A stretch of 63,238 nucleotides of DNA, the filler included, from Lenisia limosa (lineage: Eukaryota > Protista > Breviatea), in the NCBI GenBank assembly GCA_001655205.1. It is 11 parts of 11 records of this genome, joined end to end, with 100 filler letters (N's around TTAATTAATTAA, not from the genome) between each part and the next. Parts side by side here need not be neighbours in the genome. Positions count along the whole stretch, not along the records: positions 43,606 to 55,244 come from LPNZ01003383.1; positions 55,345 to 57,928 come from LPNZ01001485.1; positions 58,029 to 60,041 come from LPNZ01010194.1; positions 60,142 to 63,238 come from LPNZ01007153.1; 7 more parts are not named here. One strand, written 5' to 3'. The notes under the pieces were generated by a model. That model was not told the DNA's origin, did not search any database, and saw only the letters and a list, made by a program, of their open reading frames with translations. Made by a program: the position numbers and the translations under genes. This document shows positions 49,499 to 62,197 of this stretch, one piece after another. How positions within the stretch are numbered: the stretch's first letter is position 1; every line of letters starts with the position of its first letter.

Positions 49499-49753
49499 GT
49501 TACGAGTACAGTTGAGGATGTGTATGAGAACAAAAATGAAATAATCCAGAAAAAGATACTTATAGAAATGTCTAAATTCGTAAGTTCAGTTCAATAGTGA
49601 ACTGAACTTTCTCTTTTTATTGAAAATTGTTTTTAACAAAGAACCTTTTACCGAACGGTTTGTGGAGTGTTTAGGTATTTTTTTTATTAGCTACGTTAGC
49701 TACGTTGTTTTCTCAGAGTCGAGAGTAGTTTTTCTTATTTTTCTCTAGTTAAG

Positions 49754-50582
49754 ATGGTGTGCAAGAACAACGTGGTACCGAACGCCCATTTCCACAAGGA
49801 CTGGCAGAACCGCGTCAAGACCTGGTTCAACCAGGTATGATTTTTTAAAAATATATGGAATTGTTCTTATCTCTCTTCTAGGCTGGCCGTAAGGAACGCC
49901 GTCGCACTAACCGCCTCACCAAGGCCATCAAGGTTGCCCCTCGTCCCGTCGAAGGGTTTGTGGGTTCACATTTATCTCCTGTTTAAGTGCAACCTTTTAA
50001 TAATCTGTACTAATATTGTTATTTAGTCTCTTCCGCCCTGTTGTTCGCTGCCAAACCGTGAAGTACAACATGCGCGTTCGTGCCGGAAAGGGTTTCACTT
50101 TCGAGGAGCTCAAGGCTGCTGGTATCAACCGCCGTGAGGCTCGTACCATCGGTGTTGCCGTCGATTTCCGTCGTCGCAACCGGTATTTTGGGGTGCTCTT
50201 CTCTTTATTTGACGCTATATTCTAAATGAGGAACTAATTCAATTACAGCTCTGAGGAGTCCCTCAAGGCCAACGTTTCTCGCCTCCAGTCCTACAAGCAA
50301 CGCCTTGTTGTCTTCCCCCGCAAGGGTGCTAAGGCTCTTAAGGGTGATGCCACCAAGGAGGAGATCGCTGCCGTCAAGACCTCTCCCAAGGGAATGAACA
50401 AGATCACCCAGGCTAAGGTTCAGTCCGAGTCCATGAAGCTCGCTGATGCCGTCAAGAAGTCTTCAGTCTTCCACAAGATGCGTATTGAGCGTGCCAACGT
50501 CCGTATGGTCGGCCGTCGCCAGAAGCGTCAACGCACCCGTGAGGAGAAGGCCAAGGAGGCCGCCAACCGTAAGAAGAAGTAA
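49754..50582 (+). CDS. RPL13: 60S ribosomal protein L13 (eL13); introns 49835-49881, 49956-50026, 50183-50248
   Basis: [27 protein letters not shown]|[47 protein letters not shown]|[12 protein letters not shown]; complete, with a TAA stop. Confidence 0.97.
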
Positions 50583-50947
50583 ATTCTTTTCTGATACATC
50601 TATCTTTGTTCGGTCCCCCAAAAGTTGGTATGTACAGTGTGGTGTGTCTCTGATATTCTTGGAACATTGTTCTCCTCTTCGCAGCTGTTGGGATGCTTAC
50701 GAGGACATATTGTAGACAATCTTTATCATCTCGAGTTTATTGATCTATGATCTTTGCTCCTTTTTGAGTCTTTGTTGGTTGCAGGAGCGCCTCTTTTCCT
50801 CTTGAAAATAGAACTAAAACAAAAAATCTGAAAAACTCACTCGTGAACTACTGCACAAAACAACTAAAGAGATTAATTTGACTCATACCACTCATACATA
50901 TATCTCCAAGACAATGTGTTGGTAAAGTGACAAGCAAGACACCCACC

Positions 50948-51366
50948 ATGGCCTCTCGGTCTTATAGAGGTTGGTTAACACCAAACGAAGGTAACAATGC
51001 AGGAAAAGGTCTGATCTCGGATACAGACGAAGACTCTTTCCAACGGTCATTCTCAACTGACCAAGGACCTGGTAAGTCTTAACGGTTCCAATCTGATATC
51101 TGAGTTCTAATGGGATTGTCAGCGAGTTTAAGTGTGGTTACTAAAATGTTACTGAACAAGGCTAACGAGCAGTTGATCATGCTCCAAGGTCTCAAGAAAT
51201 TGGTCCTGTTGCAAACAAACTCAACACAATTCTTATTTGTTATATTCTTGTGACACTATCAGACTTCTCTTCCTCCGCTTACTCTGTTGCCTCTGCCAAC
51301 ACAGACATTGCTGATGATAGTGGGTCTTGCACGGTGTACTATTTCATGTTTTCCTATCTATTATGA
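50948..51366 (+). CDS. Hypothetical protein (possible membrane segment)
   Basis: ATG in a CACCATGG context, open exon MASRSYRGWLTPNEG.., GTAAG donor, second open exon. Confidence 0.4.
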
Positions 51367-52305
51367 ATTATTACTGAACTAGATTTTTTGAACAATATGA
51401 GATTAATATCTTTAAAAGGTAGAGAGGAAAGACATCTTCGTTTTATGATATTCGCCGGTTTACGAGAAAGATAAAACTACAAATAGCTTTGAGTGGTTAT
51501 TTCTTTCTCCCAATTGATTATTTAGGAGAAATATGGCGGAACCAAAATAAACCGTTTGAGTAAGCTGCAACAATTGGTGTTATTTTTTGTTTTCTTCGAT
51601 TGTGATTGGAATTATCCAAGAAGATTTTCTATCAGCAATAGTTATTTTTTTGCTGATTAAAGTAGAATGTTGCTTTATTAATCTATAATTTAACAGACTA
51701 CGAAGGTTGTACGCTAACTTTTAATATTATGTTCCAGTTTCCTCATCAATACTCACACCCAGTTCGGATAGCTTCTTGGAAGACCTTCCACTCTCAAACA
51801 GAACACGAGATGCTCTGAAAAAGGTTGGACTTTTTATTTTTAAAACACTACAATAGTAACAGTGTTTATCAATGATTGATAGAAAAACGGATTGTCTGGA
51901 GACCTTATGATTGTAATGCGTAAATGTAATAAAAGTATATATTATGAAACACAGTAAGCAGTGCGCGAAACTTTCCAATAGAAATGCAATCCCAATTGAC
52001 GCTTATTTACCTGATTCAGAGAAGAGCCGCAAGAACTCAAAACGAACGCAGCGCTGAAAACCGGGCCAGGAACAGTCCAATGCATCAATATGGTGGGTAG
52101 GGCAAACAAATACTTGTTTCCAGATTTTCACTCTTATGACCAACGCCATATTCTTTATTAGTATATTTGACTGTTTTGAACAATTTTTTTTGGGGTATTG
52201 TTACATAAATTGTGTTTCATTTCCACGTGTTGCATGCTACATGAAACAATTGGGAAATGACTGCTGATGAATACCGAGACAAAATCTTTTCTCCTATTAT
52301 TATTG

Positions 52306-52377
52306 AGGCTTCACTTCGGTTCGGTAAAATATCGTTAGTTTTTCAGTCTTTGTTTTTTTTGAACCGAAGTGAAGCCC
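52306..52377. mobile_element. MITE family A, subfamily 1
   Basis: GGCTTCACTTCGGTTCG...GAACCGAAGTGAAGCCC-TA. Confidence 0.85.
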
Positions 52378-52499
52378 TAGTTATAATATGACGTTTTAAT
52401 ATGATCAGAGTCCCCGGAACAACCCCTTCGGCGAACCGACCCAGGCTCCTTCACCCCGGCCTCGGTTTTGAAGACAAGGCCAACCCCTGCTAGCCAGAG

Positions 52500-55244
52500 A
52501 CCGTGAGAGGGTCTTGGGTCTTCCAAACGTTGTGCGAATATTGGACTGTGCTCTATCTCCACAAATGAAAGATCACTGGTTTAGCGTCAACGAAGTTCGA
52601 TACGCCTCTCCAATGGAAAGGTCGCGGTCTTTGACAAGGGACGGCGGTGGGGGGGGGGGGGGNNNNNNNNNNNNNNNNNNNNNNNNNNNNNNNNNNNNNN
52701 NNNNNNNNNNNNNNNNNNNNNNNNNNNNNNNNNNNNNNNNNNNNNNNNNNNNNNNNNNNNNNNNNNNNNNNNNNNNNNNNNNNNNNNNNNNNNNNNNNNN
52801 NNNNNNNNNNNNNTTATTTTGCTGAAATTACTTCGTAGCCGAAGAGCAGAGGAGGTTATGATTCTTCATTGTTACTTTTTCTATGTGTCAGATTTCACAG
52901 TATTTCTGATGGTTCATTTTTTTATTATGTCATTTCCATGAGCTATTTCCTCATACTTTAGAAATGTCATTCGAAGACGAGGGTCTGACGCCAAAGCGCC
53001 TNNNNNNNNNNNNNNNNNNNNNNNNNNNNNNNNNNNNNNNNNNNNNNNNNNNNNNNNNNNNNNNNNNNNNNNNNNNNNNNNNNNNNNNNNNNNNNNNNNN
53101 NNNNNNNNNNNNNNNNNNNNNNNNNNNNNNNNNNNNNNNNNNNNNNNNNNNNNNNNNNNNNNNNNNNNNNNNNNNNNNNNNNNNNNNNNNNNNNNNNNNN
53201 NNNNNNNNNNNNNNNNNNNNNNNNNNNNNNNNNNNNNNNNNNNNNNNNNNNNNNNNNNNNNNNNNNNNNNNNNNNNNNNNNNGGTCTTTTTTAAGCTACA
53301 TTTCCTTATAATCCCCTAACAGATTCCATCCCAAAAACCCCAAACCGTGCCGCAAACCACCCCCCATATCAAGCCCCATCATTTGGTATCAACACCCACA
53401 ACAGCAGTCATGTACTCCCCAGGTGTGTTTATTTCGATACACTTGGCTCAAATCCTTGGGCACAAAACTATACATTCTTGAAAGGAGTTTCATCCACAAA
53501 TCAAATAAAGTTGATTTCCTATTTTTACACCCCCCCCCCCCAGGTACCGACTCCCCTCCCTCAATATCAACGTCAATGGGCAAAATCTCACAGCATTGGA
53601 ACAGCCTTAACTCTGACCGCTACACTAGATAGTGGGCTGCGGATTTGTAATTGCTGATGTCATGTAAATAACCGACAAATTTTTCGAATAGTACCCATAC
53701 CCAGACCACTGTTAACTTTTTTTCTCTCTACTCTTATTTATCATTTGTGGATTCATAATTATCTGAGCTCCGTGCATGTATTACATGGGGATGCACTTTC
53801 TCTGCTTTACGGCTTAGCTCCGAGCCCTATATGAGCCCACCTTCAAGAGACACGTCATTTCACAGACCATTGGGTCAGAATAACCCCCAGATGGCAGGTT
53901 CACAGTCCAGTTCACACACTGTCCAAATGTCTGACCAGAGCTCTGCATACCCTACAACTGTTCAAATGTCTGACCAGAGCTCTGCATACCCTACAACTGT
54001 TCAAATGTCCGACCAAAGCTCTGCATACCGAAGTGGATCATTCAACATGACTACTGAAGTATCTAATGTCAATACCACTGGTCCAACCTTACCGCCGTCT
54101 CCAACCGACTCTGACTGCCCCAGGTTGGAATATCTTCCATTTTTCGTTGCATACTGTATTGAGAATTCAGAAGGTTAGAGCTATTGTTGGTCCATCACAA
54201 ATGAATACATATTACATATATCTTTTTTTACAGTGAAGATGTTGTATCACTTTCTGACTCTTTCCCCTTACCATCTAGTCTTCTCCCAAGTCCCCCACTC
54301 TCACCAATCGAAATGTCCCAACTCCCCACAAGGTATACTTCCTGAACTCCTTCTTGATTGTGTGTCTTCTGAAACGCCTAATTCTATTTTACTCCCTGAT
54401 ATAATTCCCGCAGCCCACCCCACGAAAGTTTCTCTCTACAAGTCTCAGCCCTCTCCCCCTCGCATCCGAACTTCATTGACACGTCATTAAACCATAATGA
54501 CACCACTCCCAGCCAAATACCTTGTGTTGTTCTGTCGGTCCAGGAATCCAGGAAGTCTCCGGAGCCGGAAGCCTCGGCTAGCCGACATATTTCGCCTTCT
54601 CCCGGCCTTTCCCAGCCCTCCTTGGCTCTCTGCCCCCCAGCGTCAGCCGCACATCCGGGCCGCCATCTCACCCGCCCCTCCAAAGCAATGTCGGAACCGC
54701 CGCTCTTGGCATGTGCGCAAAGGTCTTTTGACTCTCATGCTGAAGAAAAGTGAGCTTCTTGATTTTTTCTACTTATTACCGCATAAAACAAGTCTGTTCT
54801 GATATTTTTCTTGTCTTGAGAATTGTATAGTCTGTTTCCTCACATATAGCCCCCGGCGGTCCAGTCCCACAGTCCCCCGCGGTCCGCTATCCGATTCCGA
54901 CCCAGCCCGAACCGTATTAGCCTACCCAGCCCTCTCACCACGCGCCAAACTTTCGGTGTCGTATACGCCGCCGCGTAGCCTTCCTCCAGAGGTCAGGAGG
55001 AAAAAAACCAACTGTATCGATAAATATCATTGGGGATTGACAAAGTCCTAAAGACAGTGAAATATCGATATTTGTTGAGTATTCATCGAGAAACTCGGTT
55101 TTTTTGGACAATGTCACCATAGTGACGGAGTTTTATTGTGTGCTCCTTATTTTTTCCGTACACAGGTCCCCCGGGCTGAACTCGAAGTTTCGGTCACAAA
55201 AGCGCAGCAGCGCAAAGAAGCCGCTCTCAACTCTCGCCTTGAGA
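52500..55244 (+). CDS. Hypothetical Ser/Pro-rich multi-exon protein with a 13-aa tandem repeat
   Basis: Open exons including TVQMSDQSSAYPT x3 (39 bp units, ~53917-54030); GT/AG boundaries; no family recognised. Confidence 0.4.
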
Positions 55245-55523
55245 NNNNNNNNNNNNNNNNNNNNNNNNNNNNNNNNNNNNNNNNNNNNTTAATTAATTAA
55301 NNNNNNNNNNNNNNNNNNNNNNNNNNNNNNNNNNNNNNNNNNNNGGGGGGGGGGTATTAGCTTCATCTCTTCTATATTTCGAAGAAAGCCTTGGAAATGT
55401 CGATATTTGTAGAGAATTTATCGAGAGATTCAGCCTTTTTAGGACCGTAAAAGCCCTACTACATCATACTTCCTCATTAAAGAAGGAGCGGCGAATGCTG
55501 CATCCCCCATTATCTCTCACCTA

Positions 55524-55593
55524 AGGCTTCACTTCGTTTCAAAATAGACTGAATTTCTCGATAAATCGTCTTTTTCGAACCGAAGTGAAGCCC
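55524..55593. mobile_element. MITE family A, subfamily 1 (a subfamily 2 right arm lies at ~55395-55456)
   Basis: AGGCTTCACTTCGTTTC...TTTTTCGAACCGAAGTGAAGCCC-TA. Confidence 0.85.
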
Positions 55594-55796
55594 TACTCTC
55601 ACTCCAGAGTTATAAATATCAAAATCCACTCGGATTTTTGAACCAGTTTGTATCTCTAGTCTTAGCGGAACGCCCCTTGCCCTGAAAAAATCCCTGGGGA
55701 GAAAATCAATATCCCAGGAAAACATAGATAATTGCCAGGCTATATAGCTACATATATTTCGAAGTGACCCCCTCCCCCGGTTGCGGTGAAGCGACA

Positions 55797-55906
55797 CGCC
55801 TGGCCTTTGTTTGTTTTGTTGTTATCATTCTCAGACAACAGAGTTGATTTGGGTTTTTTGTTTCAAAAATGTTTCCAATTCACCCCTCCCCGCACTAACG
55901 TATAAG
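55797..55906 (+). mobile_element. Family D 3' two-thirds ahead of an acceptor
   Basis: CCTGGCCTTTGTTTGTTTTGTTGTTATC..AACAGAGTTGATTTGGGTTTTTTG..TTCCAATTCACCCCTCCCCGCACTAACGTATAAG| exon EGPGLAREILDVVCG. Confidence 0.7.
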
Positions 55907-57467
55907 GAGGGCCCCGGCCTGGCGCGTGAGATTCTGGACGTCGTGTGCGGGGTGGCTCAGGAGGCTCCGGTCTGCTCAGCTCTTTACATGGCCGTTTTGG
56001 GGCTTGAAGGTGGGAGGGTGGTGAACATGCTCTTTACATGGCTGTTTCACGATCACTGTAAATCTCTAATAAGCTAATATCCTCAGAAAACGCCGACAGA
56101 GCCCAATACTTCCACTTTACGGGAGAGGATGTTGAAGGCTACCCATATTCCGCTATCTCAAGGTATGTGCATGTCACTGTTTACCCCATCCCTCACTTTA
56201 TTTTTAACTTCATCGACTTATTTCTATTGCTAACTTAATATTTGTGTGAACTAGTGATATGATCACTCACTCATATGACAAATGACCGACAAGTCTCAAT
56301 GATACTTTGATATACTCTCATGATATCTTCGCTCATCACCAAATCACAAGTGGATGGGTAAACATATACTATATGATATATACAGTATATATTAACATTG
56401 GATTAATCTCATCTCAATTCAAAAGAAATCTAGATGCCCTATCTCACCTCAATTTCGTGTTAGTAATAAACGTTGAAGGGTGGATCCCTCCCCTGTGGTT
56501 ATTGAAGAGCTTTTCATTTTGGATCACTTATAATGTAAAAGGAATCTGTGCAATTAATTACAAAATTAATTTTGAAACTAATTCTGAAAAATGAACAACA
56601 TACTGTTAAATCCTTGAGCATGCTACTATCACAATTGTCCAAATCTCTTATAAGTGGATAGTGGACAGCTTCGAATAACTCCTTCATTTCTACATCTATT
56701 TGTTCCCTTTGACATTTCAGACAATTTTCCTCTCAAGAGCAGTGCTGTCTCCTCTCCTGTCGTCTCCTCACCCTCCTCCTTATGTAGGCTGGCCCATTCA
56801 TCTTTTGTTGTTGCGGTTGTTACGAGCACAATATTTATAATAATTATTCATCCTACAACTTTGATATTTTAATCGTTAGTTGGGTGAATTAGTAGTATTT
56901 TCTTTAATCCATGAGCGGATGAGCGGTGTGAGCTTTGGCCTGATACCTTTTTTTTGTTCCCATTTCAACATATCATATCATGCTTCCGCCTATTGTATTG
57001 CTAGTTGGGCACCACTAGTCACCTCACATTCTTCAGCAACAGGGACACGTTCCCCACTCTGCCCAGCAGGATGTACCCCCAGGTTTTCCGCTTCATCCGC
57101 AGCAGCTTTGAGGGCTGCGACTCTCCTCTTAACGCTGCCACTCTGCTCTGTGGGGGCGGGGTGTTATTAGAAGGGCTTCCTTAAGATACCACAAAAGACC
57201 GAATTGTTTGAATACTCTTTGTTAAAATTGTTTGTTTGGACTGAAAGGGGGGGGGGGGGCTNNNNNNNNNNNNNNNNNNNNNNNNNNNNNNNNNNNNNNN
57301 NNNNNNNNNNNNNNNNNNNNNNNNNNNNNNNNNNNNNNNNNNNNNNNNNNNNNNNNNNNNNNNNNNNNNNNNNNNNNNNTTGTCTTCAGCCTGGAACTTC
57401 CTTTATTTAGATCATATTGCTTTGTGTTTTAAGGCAGATGGTTTGTTGACTATTTTAATTGCAACAA

Positions 57468-57558
57468 GGGCTTCACTTCAGTTCGCAAAATACAAGTACA
57501 ACATCGATAGTTTTCGAGGATTTATCGATAAATTCAGTCTTTTTTCGAACCAAAGTGT
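57468..57558. mobile_element. MITE family A
   Basis: GGGCTTCACTTCAGTTCG..ATCGATAGTTTTCGAGGATTTATCGATAAATTCAGTCTTTTTTCGAACCAAAGTG. Confidence 0.8.
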
Positions 57559-58084
57559 CAATATTCAGGCTTCTACCTGATGCCACCTTTTTTTCATTGC
57601 GTTTTTAACACCCCCGTTGACGTTCCCAGCATCCTTGTTAATGGACACACAATCTCGCCTTCCGTTTGTGGAGTCCCAAGGCATCCCAGCGTAAGAGGAT
57701 GAGGGTCCATCATCCATTTTTGAAAATGATTGAGGATTTCAGAAAATTTTATAGTATATCACCCTAACCTCCCAGCATTGTTTCGGCCCTCAAGAGGGAT
57801 TTCGGCAACCACCAACTCCAGTACATCTCATTCTTCTGTACATGGCTTCTCTCCTTCACCGAGGAAGGTGCGAGGGAATACAGCTCACGGTTCTTTCCTT
57901 CCCCTTCCTCCGAGGCATAAAAAAGTTANNNNNNNNNNNNNNNNNNNNNNNNNNNNNNNNNNNNNNNNNNNNTTAATTAATTAANNNNNNNNNNNNNNNN
58001 NNNNNNNNNNNNNNNNNNNNNNNNNNNNGGGGGGGGGGGGGGTATCGTTTGAGTTTGTTGATTATACTATTACCTATATTACTA

Positions 58085-58160
58085 TAATCCAATATCTCTT
58101 ATAAGCGTGATGTAGACAGCTTCGGCCATATACAAACTTATTTTTTATTTCTTGCTATAT
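58085..58160 (-). mobile_element. Family B, full length
   Basis: TAATCCAATATCTCTTATAAGCGTGATGTAGACAGCTTCGGCCATATACAAACTTATTTTTTATTTCTTGCTATA. Confidence 0.8.
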
Positions 58161-58789
58161 ATAGTATTACATGCCCCTCTAAATACTTTAAAGCGGGTTA
58201 TTGTTCCAAAACCTGGTTCGGTCGAAGGACAAATAGAACCTTAAGCGAGCGTAACTTGCGTGATTTTGATTTTTTGTATTAAAAGTTATTATTATTGTAA
58301 TTAGAGAACAACAATTATGATTATCAGTGTCCTCAATCTTAGTTAGTTAATCTTAGTTGTAAAAAGATGACGTTACTCTAAGTTTATGTTCGGATTTCCG
58401 TGACAATTTTCTCGAACTATATCCTGCCTTGACATACCCCCCGTAGATACAGGACAGCTTCGGGCAGACTACAACCTGGAGAGTCCCATCGCCTCCAGTT
58501 CATATTCTCTCCCATACAGGTTTGGGGATATAGTATTTTGGGTTTTGTTTCTCTCTTGTTAATTTATTCAAAAACAGTATTTTACCTCTCCAGATTTTTG
58601 GCTTTTTTTTTTTTTTTTTNNNNNNNNNNNNNNNNNNNNNNNNNNNNNNNNNNNNNNNNNNNNNNNNNNNNNNNNNNNNNNNNNNNNNNNNNNNNNNNNN
58701 NNNNNNNNNNNNNNNNNNNNNNNNNNNNNNNNNNNNTATTGTTGGGGGGGTCTTGTGGTGGTTTCGTTCCAACGTATCAGTGACTGCAT

Positions 58790-58878
58790 CAAATCAATGA
58801 GCCGTATTTGCCATATTAATAAACAAATCAATGAGCCGTATTTGCCATATTAATAAACAAATCACTGAGCCGTATTTG
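58790..58878. repeat. 34 bp tandem repeat x~2.6
   Basis: CAAATCAATGAGCCGTATTTGCCATATTAATAAA units. Confidence 0.9.
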
Positions 58879-59583
58879 TCTATTGTGCGTTTTTGATTCC
58901 GACCACCAATCGTGGAAACGTCTTGCTTTATCCTAGCATTTGCCCATTAACTCCGTAGTGTGACCTAAAGCTGCATGGTCGTGGTTTTGACCCCCGTGAA
59001 AACGAGGAACTTTTCCTTCTCACTGGAATCAATGAAGACAATTCGCCAATCGCACCGCTCCTTTCACCAAGAGAGTGAGGGGTTTTGGGACTAACTTCCC
59101 ACTTCATGCTGCCACAAGTATCGATAATAGAAATTTCCTTTGTTTTTAACGTTTCCTCTTAAATTCTGCGTTTATTCTGTATTATTTTATTTTTTTTTCT
59201 TGTTTTTGTTCTTGTAATTGTTGTNNNNNNNNNNNNNNNNNNNNNNNNNNNNNNNNNNNNNNNNNNNNNNNNNNNNNNNNNNNNNNNNNNNNNNNNNNNN
59301 NNNNNNNNNNNNNNNNNNNNNNNNNNNNNNTGGCTTAGTTTTCTTGTGTTTGTGTTTGTGTCATCTGGTTTTTGTCAAGTTCCTCGTGTTTGTTATTGCT
59401 GGTTTTTTGGTTTTCTGTTTGGAGTTTCAGATTACTCGGTTCGTGATTAATACCTTTACGCCAATATTCTTCATCGAAANNNNNNNNNNTGTCCCAGCCA
59501 ATTCAAGGGTCCACCGTATCATGTCGCTCAAAAACTTGACGGACGCCCAGTTGTCGTAAGGGGGACTTGGTAATATTTTGCTC

Positions 59584-59662
59584 AACTCCAATATCTCTTT
59601 AAAGCGTGATGGTAGACGACTTCGGCCAGATACAAACTTGTTTTTTATTTCTCATTTCTATA
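59584..59662 (-). mobile_element. Family B, full length, intronic
   Basis: CTCCAATATCTCTTTAAAGCGTGATGGTAGACGACTTCGGCCAGATACAAACTTGTTTTTTATTTCTCATTTCTA. Confidence 0.8.
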
Positions 59663-59948
59663 TATTGGAAGAGGGGGGAGGGGGTCTCAAATGGTTTGTT
59701 TTGGGAAACAGTGCTAAACTGAAAGCAGTGCATACCAATATTTCTCCCACACCTACACCCCAGATAAGCAATTTTTCAATTCATCAGTTCGTGATAGTAA
59801 CTTTACGCCAATATTCTCAACCAAAAATTCCTTTTTTTACCCCCCCCCCCCAGATACGAATGGGAATCCAAGTCAGTCCCCGCAGGCATGGCCATTTCCC
59901 TCACTCCTACGACCGGAAATCTGCAACCGTTCGAATCCATTGTATGTA

Positions 59949-60023
59949 GGGCTTCACTTCGGTTTGAAAAAAGACTGAATTTATCGATATTTTACCGGTC
60001 TTTTTTGAACTGATGTGAACGAC
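59949..60023. mobile_element. MITE family A
   Basis: TA-GGGCTTCACTTCGGTTTGAAAAAAGACTGAATTTATCGATATTTTACCGGTCTTTTTTGAAC. Confidence 0.8.
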
Positions 60024-60580
60024 TAATTGTATGGATGATGCNNNNNNNNNNNNNNNNNNNNNNNNNNNNNNNNNNNNNNNNNNNNTTAATTAATTAANNN
60101 NNNNNNNNNNNNNNNNNNNNNNNNNNNNNNNNNNNNNNNNNAGGCTCTTTGAGAATTTTATTTGGTCAGCCTAGACAGGCGTTCAGAGGAAGGGGGGGGG
60201 GGTCACTGATTTAAAAGGTTCATACCATATCGATATTGTCCATATTCATGAATCTAATCCTTGTAGGTATGCTATATAATATGATATTTGTAGTATGCTA
60301 CATCATAAAAGACCCAAACCTACCATGAAGACTTTCGGGAAGAAGATGAAGAACAGGAACCACACTCCCAGGGCTATTGCCAAAAGTAAGAACGTCTAAG
60401 GGGTAAGGGGGGGGGGGGGCTGTCACTAAAATGGAATATTCTCAGACTTANNNNNNNNNNNNNNNNNNNNNNNNNNNNNNNNNNNNNNNNNNNNNNNNNN
60501 NNNNNNNNNNNNNNNNNNNNNNNNNNNNNNNNNNNNNNNNNNNNNNNNNNNNNNNTTTTGAGATGAGATCATTGCCTATA

Positions 60581-60665
60581 AGGATTCACTTCGGTTCGAA
60601 AAAGACCAGTAAAATTTCGAGGATTTACCGAGTAATTCAGTCTTTTTCGAACCGAAGTGAAGACC
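60581..60665. mobile_element. MITE family A
   Basis: GGATTCACTTCGGTTCGAAAAAGAC...GTCTTTTTCGAACCGAAGTGAAGACC. Confidence 0.85.
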
Positions 60666-60676
60666 AAATTGCCTTC

Positions 60677-60745
60677 CAAGCAAACCTTGCCAACCTTGCC
60701 ATCTCCAAACAAACCTTGCCATCTCCAAACAAACCTTGCCATCTT
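60677..60745. repeat. ~20 bp tandem repeat x3
   Basis: AAACCTTGCCATCTCCAAAC units. Confidence 0.85.
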
Positions 60746-62100
60746 CAGACTCCTCAATGAAGGCCGTTTGTGACGTTGACGACTCTACGACATTGGTCAT
60801 GTCATTGGCGGGCGAGGAGGTGAGAACCGCAAAGGATGTCAGGTGTGTGCACTGGCGGTCAAGGAATTAGCAGANNNNNNNNNNNNNNNNNNNNNNNNNN
60901 NNNNNNNNNNNNNNNNNNNNNNNNNNNNNNNNNNNNNNNNNNNNNNNNNNNNNNNNNNNNNNNNNNNNNNNNNNNNNNNNNNNNNNNNNNNNNNNNNNNN
61001 NNNNNNNNNNNNNNNNNNNNNNNNNNNNNNNNNNNNNNNNNNNNNNNNNNNNNNNNNNNNNNNNNNNNNNNNNNNNNNNNNNNNNNNNTTATAACATAGT
61101 CCTCTTAGTCATATTATTCTAAGAAGGAATTACCTGGCACGTGGTGGAGCTTTGGGTCAAGGCCGACACGATGCACCCGTCTTCGGAGTAGGCCGAGCCA
61201 TTGAACCAAACACAGCGCCGCCGGCTCAAGTCAACTGTGCCTGGGGGGGGGGGGGNNNNNNNNNNNNNNNNNNNNNNNNNNNNNNNNNNNNNNNNNNNNN
61301 NNNNNNNNNNNNNNNNNNNNNNNNNNNNNNNNNNNNNNNNNNNNNNNNNNNNNNNNNNNNNNNNNNNNNNNNNNNNNNNNNNNNNNNNNNNNNNNNNNNN
61401 NNNNNNNNNNNNNNNNNNNNNNNNNNNNNNNNNNNNNNNNNNNNNNNNNNNNNNNNNNNNNNNNNNNNNNNNNNNNNNNNNNNNNNNNNNNNNNNNNNNN
61501 NNNNNNNNNNNNNNNNNNNNNNNNNNNNNNNNNNNNNNNNNNNNNNNNNNNNNNNNNNNNNNNNNNNNNGTTCGCCAAGGGCGTCGACAGAGTCAGTGAC
61601 GTCCACTTGCTGCTGGTGAAGACGCGGCTTCCCTCGTGAAGGTTCACTGAGAGGGCCGGCTGCGAGGCCATAAGGAACAGTTGAACAGAACGAGTCGAGA
61701 AATGTAGCAAAGAGGTCATAAGGAACAGTTGACCGGGCCAAGAACAGTAAAGAGTGACGTGTGATTATATAACAATCACCATAGAGAGTATAGCTCTGTG
61801 CAATTAAATGAAAAAAATAATTGCAAAATTTGAAGTGAGACGTAATGTAAACTCAAGTTCAGACACTTTAATTTCAAATTTTTTCTTCAAAAAAATTAAT
61901 TACACCGACTCCTAATTGTTCAAAGTCCTGAAATGGCGATAAAATACCTTTTCAAGGTTCCAGGCTTGGAAGCTGATGCAACCCTCAGAATCCAAAATCG
62001 CGCTGCTGAGGTCCGGGATCACAAAGCCGGAACTGTCACCTGCCTAATATGGTAAGTTGGAGAGAGGTGAAACCTGCCAAATATTGAAGGAGATATGATA

Positions 62101-62173
62101 TATAGCAATGAGAAAGGAAAAATAAGGTTGTATCTGACCGAAGTCGCCTATACCATCACGTTTATAAGAGATA
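62101..62173 (+). mobile_element. Family B, near full length
   Basis: TAGCAATGAGAAAGGAAAAATAAGGTTGTATCTGACCGAAGTCGCCTATACCATCACGTTTATAAGAGATA. Confidence 0.8.
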
Positions 62174-62197
62174 GCAAGTGGAGCAACATAAGGCCTT

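Noticed and set aside
59920-59945. GTTCGAATCC tRNA T-loop-like motif
   Set aside because: No cloverleaf or acceptor stem around it; it lies in an apparent exon just before a GTATGT donor.
60836-61741. Long ORFs in the supplied track that span N gaps
   Set aside because: They are open only because NNN codons contain no stops.
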